A stretch of DNA of 62,123 nucleotides, counting the filler, from Candidatus Delongbacteria bacterium (lineage in GTDB: Bacteria; UBA4055), in the NCBI GenBank assembly GCA_016937995.1. It is 5 parts of 5 records of this genome, joined end to end, with 100 filler letters (N's around TTAATTAATTAA, not from the genome) between each part and the next. Parts side by side here need not be neighbours in the genome. Positions count along the whole stretch, not along the records: positions 1 to 30,333 come from JAFGVM010000003.1; 4 more parts are not named here. One strand, 5' to 3'. How positions within the stretch are numbered: the stretch's first letter is position 1; every line of letters begins with the position of its first letter. Shown one piece after another: positions 9,678 to 18,196 of this stretch. The notes beneath the pieces are model-generated. The model ran no database searches and was not told the DNA's origin. It was given only the letters and a program-made list of their open reading frames with translations. Both the position numbers and the translations under genes were made by a program.

Positions 9678-10984
9678 TGAAAGAACAAATTCAAAAAGCT
9701 GTAGATCTCGTTGCTCAAAATTGTAAAGGTGATGATTATCGATTTGATATCTACATAACTGACAAACAGGACACTCGTTATGCTCAAAACAGAATTACTC
9801 AAAATATGGGTGGTACAAAACTGAATGTAAGCCTGGAAGTATCTTTTGGGAACAGATCAGCCAGTTCCACGGTGAATTCAATAGATGAAGGATCAATAAA
9901 GAACCTTATCGAAACTGCAGAGAATATCGCAAAAATGAATCAGCCTGATCCTGAGTTTGTTAATAGTGCAGGTAAAGTTGATTATCCTGAAGTTAATAAT
10001 GTAGCTGCAGGTACTGAGAACTGCTCGATGAAAGAGATGGTGGAAGTCATCAGTAAATTTATTGACAATGCTAAAAGGAAAAATGCTTTTATATCAGGTC
10101 TTACAACCAGAACAGTAGTTGATGAGTATCTTTTTACTAAGAACGGTTTTGAAGGTCATGACCGGTCTACATCATTTTCTAATACTATGACAATGTCAGA
10201 TAATAAATCAAGGGAAGTCAAATTAACAAAATGTGTTAAGGATTTTAATGATTTCGATGTTGATAAGGAAATAGAGGTTCTAAATTCTAGATTTGACGCA
10301 CTGACAGAACCTAAAATGATCGAGAAAGGTACGTATAATGTAATATTGAGACCACAGGCGGTTTATAACTTCTTTGCATTTATGATGTATTTTTTTGACA
10401 GAAGAAGCGCAGACTATAAGATCACACCTTATCATGAAGCTATAGGAAAACAGATATTCGGTGAAAAATTCTCTCTTTACTCTTCAATAGATGATCCTTC
10501 TGTCACAGCATCACCTTTCAGCGGAGATGGTATACCTGCAGAAACTATTGACTGGATCAGGAACGGGGTATTAAAAAATCTCTTTAAAAACAGGTCATAT
10601 GCAAAAAAGATCAATGAGAACCCGAATTTTATGCCGAACATTCTTATAGAAGGTGGAGACACTGATGAAAAAGAAATGATGAAAATGGTGGATAACGGTC
10701 TTATTATCAATAATTTCTGGTATATTAGAAACGTAAGTACCAGGCAGGGTGAATTTACCGGTTTGACAAGAGACGGAATGTATTATTTTGAGAATGGTGA
10801 GATCAAACATTCTGTTGTTAACTTAAGATTCAATGAGATCGCTATAGAAGTTACAAAAAGGATCCTGGCACTGGGTAAGGCTGAGCCAGCTATGAGTATC
10901 TATGGTTATTCTACAATGGATAATATTCGTGTTCCTACGATGTTGATCAAGGATTTTACGTTTGTTGATACAACCACGTTTTAG
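9677..10984 (+). CDS. tldE: TldE/PmbA-family protein
   Basis: Start overlaps tldD stop; G.Y.VIL.P.AV, TGLTRDG, N.RFN, VPTML..DFTF; lacks the HExxxH motif. Confidence 0.85.
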   Translation: MKEQIQKAVDLVAQNCKGDDYRFDIYITDKQDTRYAQNRITQNMGGTKLNVSLEVSFGNRSASSTVNSIDEGSIKNLIETAENIAKMNQPDPEFVNSAGKVDYPEVNNVAAGTENCSMKEMVEVISKFIDNAKRKNAFISGLTTRTVVDEYLFTKNGFEGHDRSTSFSNTMTMSDNKSREVKLTKCVKDFNDFDVDKEIEVLNSRFDALTEPKMIEKGTYNVILRPQAVYNFFAFMMYFFDRRSADYKITPYHEAIGKQIFGEKFSLYSSIDDPSVTASPFSGDGIPAETIDWIRNGVLKNLFKNRSYAKKINENPNFMPNILIEGGDTDEKEMMKMVDNGLIINNFWYIRNVSTRQGEFTGLTRDGMYYFENGEIKHSVVNLRFNEIAIEVTKRILALGKAEPAMSIYGYSTMDNIRVPTMLIKDFTFVDTTTF

Positions 10985-11018
10985 AATTTACCACGAAAAT
11001 CAAGAAATTACACGGAAT

Positions 11019-11126
11019 GTAGGGGGAGGGTTTCTAACACTCCCCCTCTTTTTTAAACAAGATTGCCACAACCTGATATTCAGGTTTCGCAATGACATTG
11101 TAGGGGTGAACCGGAGTGTTCATCCG
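11019..11126. repeat. Cluster of three REP-like palindromes (two GTAG class, one GTCAT class)
   Basis: GTAGGGGGAG..CTCCCCCT (11019-11047), AGATTGCCAC..TCGCAATGAC (11060-11096), GTAGGGGTGAAC..GTTCATCC (11100-11126). Confidence 0.65.
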
Positions 11127-11140
11127 GAAGGGGAATTACA

Positions 11141-11482
11141 ATGAATATTCAGATTTTTGGTAGAAAGAAAAGTAAAGAGACTAAGAAAGCGGAAAGATTT
11201 TTCTCTGACAGAAGAATTCAGTTCCATTCGGTAGATCTTGACGAAAAAGAAATGAGCAAAGGTGAACTCGAGAGAGTTAAGAATGCTGTCGGTGGGGCAG
11301 AGGAGATGATCGACAAAGAATCTCAGTTGTTCAAAAAGAAATTTCAGTATCTTGAGTATGATGCTGAGGAAGAATTACTTGAAGATCAGAGTTTATTAAA
11401 ACTTCCTATCGTTCGTAACGGGGGAAAGGCTACTGTTGGTTATGAACCTGACATCTGGAAAGAATGGATAAACTGTTCCTAA
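11141..11482 (+). CDS. ArsC/Spx-like family protein
   Basis: IQIFG.KK...TKKAERFF, MSKGEL, LLK.PIVRNG.KATVGY. Confidence 0.85.
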   Translation: MNIQIFGRKKSKETKKAERFFSDRRIQFHSVDLDEKEMSKGELERVKNAVGGAEEMIDKESQLFKKKFQYLEYDAEEELLEDQSLLKLPIVRNGGKATVGYEPDIWKEWINCS

Positions 11483-11493
11483 ACTCTATTTAT

Positions 11494-11522
11494 AAAAAAA
11501 GCCCCTTTCTGCGGGGCTTTTT
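11494..11522. terminator. Bidirectional intrinsic terminator
   Basis: A run, GCCCC..GGGGC, T run between convergent genes. Confidence 0.75.
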
Positions 11523-11545
11523 CTGCTCTTTTTTTGTAGAAGGCA

Positions 11546-14500
11546 CTATCTGCTGGAGCTAGTGCGTTTGATCTTTTTGGGAATACTTTTCTTTATAACT
11601 TTATTTTTCTTATCATTTATTGCCTCTTCGTAAGAAAAAGGTTCATCGGATATTGTAACATTCTTTGATGCATCATTCGCAATTACAAAGAAGAATTTCT
11701 TTGGAGTTGCGATTGAAGTTTCCCATGATGTAGTTACTACAGTAGCAACGCTGTCAAAAACTGCATAAGGATCATCAGAAGAGTAAATAGTGTATGACGT
11801 TGCACCACTTACAACACTCCAGCCAAAACTAAAAGTTGAATCAGTAACTGATACTGTTGGATTCTCAGGTGCGGATAAAGAGATCTCATAATATTCCATA
11901 TATCCGATCTCAGGAGCAATACCGTAGTAAGTTGAATCTGCGATATGGAATCCGCTGATTATCATTCCGGTATTCATACACGGGGAAGAAGTACCTATCA
12001 CAAGGTCATTTGTTAAAGGATCGATACACAAAGGGTCAGAGCTTATATTGTCAACACCGGATATTCCTGAGAGGTCTTCGATATCGTTATTATAGAAATT
12101 TAGGCTATCTGGATTATTTACTCCTGCTGATCTTGTTCCATCATTCCAGATTATGTTATTAATAAAGTCAACACTGTAAGATCCGGGAGTATTATTTACA
12201 CCGTTGGTTGCGTTAAAAATAGTATTATTATAGGCATACGTTCCAGACTGAACGTCATTGAAAACGATACCATTCCTGACAAGAATACCGGATTTTACAA
12301 AATTAATTTTATTATAGAATATCTGAGCACTACTGCTCTCAACATTAATACCACTTACAACTGAAGACAGTGAGTCTGCGATCCATATTTCATTATCCTC
12401 TACGACTGTATCTGTTCCACTATTAATGTCAATAGCTATTTTACCGAGTAGTTTTCCATTTTTTGAAGCATCAGCATCAAAAGTGACAGTGTTATTAGTT
12501 ATTCTTCCACCGGTCGAATTAGACATTTGAATACCGATATCACCATTCTCAATGTCATTATCCTCAATATCCATTCCATTTGCATTCTGAACTTTAACTC
12601 CAACCTGTTGACCTGCTTTTGAAGCATCAGCATCAAAAGTAACAGTATTATTTGTTATCCTTCCCGATGCTTTAGATTCTTTAGTACCACCTGTAACTTC
12701 TATACCTGTCTTGAAATTATCTACATTAGTGTTAATTATGTCTATTGTTGCTGCATCTGTAACTGAGATACCGCTACTCAGCAATTCACTGTCAGAATTA
12801 TATATCTTCGAATTTGCAATATTTACAGTAGGTGTACCACCCAACGGGTCAAAAACTGTGAGATGTATGTCACTCAGCTCTACACCATGTAATTGGGCTA
12901 TATTTGAGATATTCAAAGTTTTATTGGTTACATCAATCCCGTCGTTTATCTTTTGAATAACGATTCTTTCGTCATTAAAGTATTTTCCTGCAGGTTGAAT
13001 AGGAGTTCTCAGTTCTTTAATGTTAATCGTAGCTAAATTTACAGCATTGAAATGCAGCTGAGAACCTTCCCCAAGATTAATAAGGTCATAATCAAATGCC
13101 TGGGCTTTACCTTCAAAATCAAGAACAACTACACCACCATCAGGTATATTTAAGTCGGTGACCGTGCCGGCAACAATAGGTGTTAAAGAGCTTAATGGTA
13201 CTGCAGCCTGTTTTGTATTTCCATATGCTCCCATATTTACAGGAGGATAATTTAATTCCGGAGTTGCCATAGGATCAATTGGAGTTGCTGGATCACCTGC
13301 ATCAATACATGGCGAATTCAATGAAAGGTGATAATCATACCTGTCAGCTGCGAAAGTAAGAGTATTATCACCGGTAAATAATAATGGAGGTCTTACGAAT
13401 CTCGGATTACTGGATATATTTCCCTGGCCTTCAACATAATCGTTTATATTACAGTATGAAAATATAGCACCGGGACTTGGGAATGTATCGTCCGATATAA
13501 GATATTGATCAAGGTAATATTCGTTACCATTATTCCAGATAATGCTGTTCTTTATGAACGGATAGTTGTCATTTGATACAATGTGAATACCGCCGCCACC
13601 GTATTCTTTTGAAGTTTTCCCCGGCAGAATGTAGTTGTCAGCAATAGTTGTATTTATGATGTTTATGTTCACGGGATTTATCGTTAAACCGGTATTAAGA
13701 TAGAATCCACCACCATCCATTGCAGAGTTTTTAGTTATTAACAGGTTTGAAAATTCCTGAGAAAGAACAGGTTGTCCGTACATTTCATTGAACTTTGCGT
13801 AAATTCCACCACCAGAAACAAAAGCATCATTGAATTGTATCTTACAAAGTTTGAATTTTAGATCCAGATGTGAAAGAACATTAATGAACAGACCACCGCC
13901 GAATCCACCCAAGCTAGTTGCTTTGTTATAATTGAATCCTGTATTCTGAATATTTAAAAGCATGTCATACATTGCCCCGTCATAATCTTCAACATACAAT
14001 CCGCCGCCGTTTGAAGCTCTATTGGCAACAAAGGAACAATAGTTTAAATTTATGGAACTTTGTGAAGCACTCGGGTTGTTATAAATGTAAAGACCACCAC
14101 CGTTCTCAGCATTGTTATCTCTGAATACACAGGCAGTGAAATTGACATTACCCGCTACGACATAAACAGCACCACCGTTGAAATCTGCATGATTATCAAA
14201 AAATCTACAATTGATAAAATCAACACTTGATTCATTGATATTGATTGGTCCGTTGCCATTTGTAGAATACATCTTCGTGAATATTGTAGAGTTAAAAGTT
14301 GAAACCTGCAACGGATCAGTATTACTGATATTAACACCATCCCAAGTCGGGTCAGTAGCACTTAATGCACCAAAAATCACAGGATCGCTTGAAGTTCCAT
14401 TGGACTTAATAACACCGTTTATCGTAAGACTTCCGCTTGGACTGAATCTTACCTCGGTTCCTGAATTGATTGTAAGAGTATCCCCGTAATTGATAGTCAT

Positions 14501-14608
14501 ATTAAAATCAATTGCTTTAAAATGTGACCAGGGACCCAGTTGACCAGCGTAAATAACAGATACAATGACCATGATAAATAATATCACTACTTTTTCCAAA
14601 ATTCTCAT
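11546..14608 (-). CDS. Secreted right-handed parallel beta-helix repeat protein with C-terminal Fn3-like domain
   Basis: Signal peptide; N.A..GGG repeats (Pmp-like); two SPCID/SPCMN capping motifs; C-terminal LSAPEN..W..V.GA..Y.IY.S.DPY domain. Confidence 0.85.
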   Translation of the reverse strand: MRILEKVVILFIMVIVSVIYAGQLGPWSHFKAIDFNMTINYGDTLTINSGTEVRFSPSGSLTINGVIKSNGTSSDPVIFGALSATDPTWDGVNISNTDPLQVSTFNSTIFTKMYSTNGNGPININESSVDFINCRFFDNHADFNGGAVYVVAGNVNFTACVFRDNNAENGGGLYIYNNPSASQSSINLNYCSFVANRASNGGGLYVEDYDGAMYDMLLNIQNTGFNYNKATSLGGFGGGLFINVLSHLDLKFKLCKIQFNDAFVSGGGIYAKFNEMYGQPVLSQEFSNLLITKNSAMDGGGFYLNTGLTINPVNINIINTTIADNYILPGKTSKEYGGGGIHIVSNDNYPFIKNSIIWNNGNEYYLDQYLISDDTFPSPGAIFSYCNINDYVEGQGNISSNPRFVRPPLLFTGDNTLTFAADRYDYHLSLNSPCIDAGDPATPIDPMATPELNYPPVNMGAYGNTKQAAVPLSSLTPIVAGTVTDLNIPDGGVVVLDFEGKAQAFDYDLINLGEGSQLHFNAVNLATINIKELRTPIQPAGKYFNDERIVIQKINDGIDVTNKTLNISNIAQLHGVELSDIHLTVFDPLGGTPTVNIANSKIYNSDSELLSSGISVTDAATIDIINTNVDNFKTGIEVTGGTKESKASGRITNNTVTFDADASKAGQQVGVKVQNANGMDIEDNDIENGDIGIQMSNSTGGRITNNTVTFDADASKNGKLLGKIAIDINSGTDTVVEDNEIWIADSLSSVVSGINVESSSAQIFYNKINFVKSGILVRNGIVFNDVQSGTYAYNNTIFNATNGVNNTPGSYSVDFINNIIWNDGTRSAGVNNPDSLNFYNNDIEDLSGISGVDNISSDPLCIDPLTNDLVIGTSSPCMNTGMIISGFHIADSTYYGIAPEIGYMEYYEISLSAPENPTVSVTDSTFSFGWSVVSGATSYTIYSSDDPYAVFDSVATVVTTSWETSIATPKKFFFVIANDASKNVTISDEPFSYEEAINDKKNKVIKKSIPKKIKRTSSSR

Positions 14609-14726
14609 AATACCTCCTCAAAATATTATTCGATATTTTATGTGTTCTATGTTGCGAAGCTGTCATATTATAATACAAAATTTAATTAAGGAAATCAAAC
14701 ATTTAATTTTCTAATTCCGTTTAAGC

Positions 14727-14753
14727 AAAAAAGCCCTGATCTTTCAGGGCTTT
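14727..14753 (-). terminator. Intrinsic terminator after the second beta-helix gene
   Basis: GCCCTGA/TCAGGGC stem with a T run on the minus strand. Confidence 0.75.
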
Positions 14754-14765
14754 AACAACTTAGTA

Positions 14766-17700
14766 TTATCTGGTACTCAACTCATCCTCATTTCTGAAAA
14801 TTTTCTTCGCTGGTATCTTAATTTTCATAGTATCTTTATCAGGAATTACCGTATCATCAACAGATTTTGTAGCAGCGTCTGTACTTGCAATAACGTAATA
14901 AAAGTATTTCGTAGCAATTGATATACTGGTTGACCAATATAAACTTGCAGTAGAATTTACAAGCTGGAATGAATCATTATCGTATGGATCAGTAGTTCTA
15001 TATATCTTGTAAGAATTCGCATTATCAACAGAATTCCATGTGATAGTTGCAACAGTTCCGGCAGTAGAAATATTAACATTGGATGGAGAATTCAGATCAA
15101 TGATAACGGCAACGTAATATTCTATTGCACCCACATCCGGAGCATCCCCGTAGTAATTCACACTAAGCTCGTGGAAACCTTCAATGTACATACCTGCATC
15201 AATACATTTTGATTTACCGTCCAGATAAAAATCACTGATCTTTACTGATTTATACCATGGATCCTCTTTGAAATTATCTTTTGAGCTAATAACACCATAA
15301 ATCCCGCCAAGTACATCATTATTGTACGCAAGTAAAATATTAGGTTCACTAGCAACATTCCCGTTTATGTCACCCCAAACTATGTTGTTGATAAAGTCAG
15401 TTGGATCTGCTGAGCCAAGATTATAGAATCCGTAGGTTGAGTTATTTATAGTGTTGTTGATAAATTTAGAATTAGGTCCCAATCCTTCTGTATAAAAACC
15501 GTAATAGTTAAGTTTTGAATTGTATTCAGTAAAATCAATTACATTGTAGGAAGCAATAATAGAAGAATTTTCAATTTCAATTCCGCTAATAATTGGGCTT
15601 ACAATATCTGTTGATGTAATTAAATTACCTGTTACTTCCATATTAGATCCGTCATAGATGAATATGCCTTTTTTACCATTACTTTGTTTAGAAGCATCAG
15701 CATCGAATGTAACTGTATTATTGGTTATTCTTCCGGAAGATTTTGCTGCTTCAATGCCTTCATCAGGATTTACGATCTCATTATCTTCAATATCAACTTC
15801 AGCTTCATCAACAGATATACCTTTTTTAGCTTGACCAGCTTTAGAAGCATCAGCATCAAAAGTGATAGTATTATTGGTTATTCTTCCGATCTTAGAAGCT
15901 TTACCTTTTATTGGCGGGGAACTGATACCTGTATCAAAATTAGAAATAACATTATTTGAAATATCAAAATCGAAAGAGCTGCTTATGATTCCGATCTCAT
16001 TTGTTATTTCAGGGTTAGGATCATTCTCTTTAATATAAATTCTAGAGTCATACAGAGTCGATCTTTCTGTTCCAGATATGGTAACACACATATCACTGAA
16101 ATCAACTCCGGCACAGTTCATCTGATTCACATCAAGAATATATTTAGAGTATCTGTATACTTTATCATCAACAAGTTTTTCGAATCTTGTTGTATATTCA
16201 TTACCTATTTTTTTGCCGCGGACGTCGAGATAACCAATTTTTATGATCTCTTGATCATTTGGTTGTATGAACAATTGTCCACCATCTTCAATTATAATGT
16301 CATTAAATTGAACCTGATCGGGATAACGGGAACAATCCATCAAAATTACCTGTCCCCTTTCAACGGTTAATGAAATTGGTTTTGTAAATACCATCGGATC
16401 AAATTTTGAAGTAGTAGCTTCATAAGTTAATCCCCATGCTCCGATATTAGGTGAAGTGCCATCCCATTCTGAACCTGTTTCAGGATCACCTTTATCCAGA
16501 CATGGTGAAAGAAGGGATAGATGAAAATCACCTCTCAGATAATCCACATAAGGTGTTGCTCCGATTCCGTCAACCGGACGGTTAAAGATCGAGTTCGCAG
16601 ACATGTTACCCTGACCTTCAATTAATGAAGTGGAGTTACAGAAAGATATAAATCTGTCAAAACCGACATAAGGACTTATCGCAATATCAGAAGTTTCACC
16701 TGATTTTAAATTTTCCCACAGTATAGAATTTTTCATCTGAAAATAATTATCATTGTGCTCTATAGAAAGTCCACCTGCACCGGTTTTTCCACCGGTATTT
16801 AAGTTGTGAACAAAGTTATTATTCCAGAATTCAATCGCTTCCTCGTTTTTTATATTACCAGTGTAGAAATAAAAACCACCAAAGTTGTAACCGGAGTTAT
16901 TGGTCACTATATTGTTCTTGAAGAACAGTTTTCTAAGATTTACAGGATCATCAGTACATTTTATCCAACCTCCACCTGCGTTCAGAGCCTGGTTATACAT
17001 TATTTTGTTTCCGATAATTTGCATATCAATAGATTCTGACTGATAAATATTTATACCTCCGCCAGCCCCTGCAGGAACATAAACACCTGATCCGGGTTCA
17101 GTTTCTCTTGCCACCATGTTACTTATTATATCATTTTCACTGATCTGAATATAATTTGCATACCTAACAGGATCAAAAACTGCGATACCTCCACCACCGT
17201 ACTGAGTTGATTCAGGATTGTAAACTAAATTATCTTTGATCAAATTCTTTTCGATTACTGTCTCGAACCATTCTGCTCCATCCGCATTATTAATGTATAT
17301 ACCACCACCTTCGTACATTGCTTTATTGTTCAAGATCTTATTCTCATATAAATGCACACCACATGAATTAAAATAGAATCCTCCACCTCTAAAGGATTTG
17401 TTGTACTGAATTGTACAATAAGACACTGAAAGAACAGACCTTACAGCACTGACAGAACCTTCCTGGCTGGCTTTCTGCTGAACTTTGTCAATATTGTCAA
17501 CTATACAATATTTCATGAATGAAGAATCTTTGCTATCACCGCTTTCGTAGAACTCAATACCTTCCCAGTAATCATATCCCGATACAGACGGTTCAAGAGA
17601 AGTAAACCTGATTGGCTCAGATTTATTTCCTATTGCAATAAGTTGACCTTGTACTACAAGCTTAGAATTATGCTCAAATCTGACAGTTGTTCCTGGTTCG

Positions 17701-17825
17701 ATTACTAGAATTGCACCAGGGTCAACAGTATAAGTTGATGTTATTTCCTGATAACCTGTCCAGGTTTCGGCAGCTGTTAACAAAAATGCTACCACAAGAA
17801 TTGAAATCCCAATAATTTTCTTCAT
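14766..17825 (-). CDS. Secreted right-handed parallel beta-helix repeat protein, paralogue of 11546..14608
   Basis: Signal peptide; IEPGT.VRF..L.V.G.L.A.G...PI.FT start; GGG repeats; SPCLD.GDP; same C-terminal domain. Confidence 0.85.
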   Translation of the reverse strand: MKKIIGISILVVAFLLTAAETWTGYQEITSTYTVDPGAILVIEPGTTVRFEHNSKLVVQGQLIAIGNKSEPIRFTSLEPSVSGYDYWEGIEFYESGDSKDSSFMKYCIVDNIDKVQQKASQEGSVSAVRSVLSVSYCTIQYNKSFRGGGFYFNSCGVHLYENKILNNKAMYEGGGIYINNADGAEWFETVIEKNLIKDNLVYNPESTQYGGGGIAVFDPVRYANYIQISENDIISNMVARETEPGSGVYVPAGAGGGINIYQSESIDMQIIGNKIMYNQALNAGGGWIKCTDDPVNLRKLFFKNNIVTNNSGYNFGGFYFYTGNIKNEEAIEFWNNNFVHNLNTGGKTGAGGLSIEHNDNYFQMKNSILWENLKSGETSDIAISPYVGFDRFISFCNSTSLIEGQGNMSANSIFNRPVDGIGATPYVDYLRGDFHLSLLSPCLDKGDPETGSEWDGTSPNIGAWGLTYEATTSKFDPMVFTKPISLTVERGQVILMDCSRYPDQVQFNDIIIEDGGQLFIQPNDQEIIKIGYLDVRGKKIGNEYTTRFEKLVDDKVYRYSKYILDVNQMNCAGVDFSDMCVTISGTERSTLYDSRIYIKENDPNPEITNEIGIISSSFDFDISNNVISNFDTGISSPPIKGKASKIGRITNNTITFDADASKAGQAKKGISVDEAEVDIEDNEIVNPDEGIEAAKSSGRITNNTVTFDADASKQSNGKKGIFIYDGSNMEVTGNLITSTDIVSPIISGIEIENSSIIASYNVIDFTEYNSKLNYYGFYTEGLGPNSKFINNTINNSTYGFYNLGSADPTDFINNIVWGDINGNVASEPNILLAYNNDVLGGIYGVISSKDNFKEDPWYKSVKISDFYLDGKSKCIDAGMYIEGFHELSVNYYGDAPDVGAIEYYVAVIIDLNSPSNVNISTAGTVATITWNSVDNANSYKIYRTTDPYDNDSFQLVNSTASLYWSTSISIATKYFYYVIASTDAATKSVDDTVIPDKDTMKIKIPAKKIFRNEDELSTR

Positions 17826-17911
17826 AATTTATCCTTCATTCATATTTTTCTCGTTTTGTGCAGAAAACTTCCACACTAATACCCAATTTACTATATAATG
17901 TAGATGATTGC

Positions 17912-17927
17912 TGTGATTCAAGTCACA
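17912..17927. promoter_or_regulatory. CRP/FNR-family binding site candidate
   Basis: TGTGA-TTCAAG-TCACA, an exact TGTGA-N6-TCACA match in the divergent intergenic region. Confidence 0.55.
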
Positions 17928-18196
17928 ACAATACATTTCTAATATGTTAAATTGCTTGTGATCACGATCCTAACATAAAAATAGCGCCAAAAAATTGAAT
18001 AACCTAATAAAAAATATGGAGATAACAAAATAAAGGGTAGTTGCAGTAGTTTGATTAAACAGTGGTACTTCAGCTCTAAAGTTAGTATTTTAGGAATTTA
18101 TTTTACTTGCTTTTAAGCTCACAGATGGTTAATTTAGTAGTACGAATTATTAAGTAAAACTAGAAAAGTAATATAAAACATTTTACGGAGGTAAAA

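Noticed and set aside
8235..10984. tldDE as part of a RiPP biosynthetic cluster
   Set aside because: No precursor peptide, YcaO or other maturase nearby; consistent with a housekeeping pair
10962..11144. 60-aa ORF bridging tldE and the ArsC-like gene
   Set aside because: Overlaps both neighbours and consists of REP-like palindromes
12461..15887. Four similar 48-bp segments as diversity-generating retroelement template/variable repeats or a CRISPR-like array
   Set aside because: Differences are synonymous rather than adenine-specific, no reverse transcriptase is present, and the copies are in-frame coding sequence
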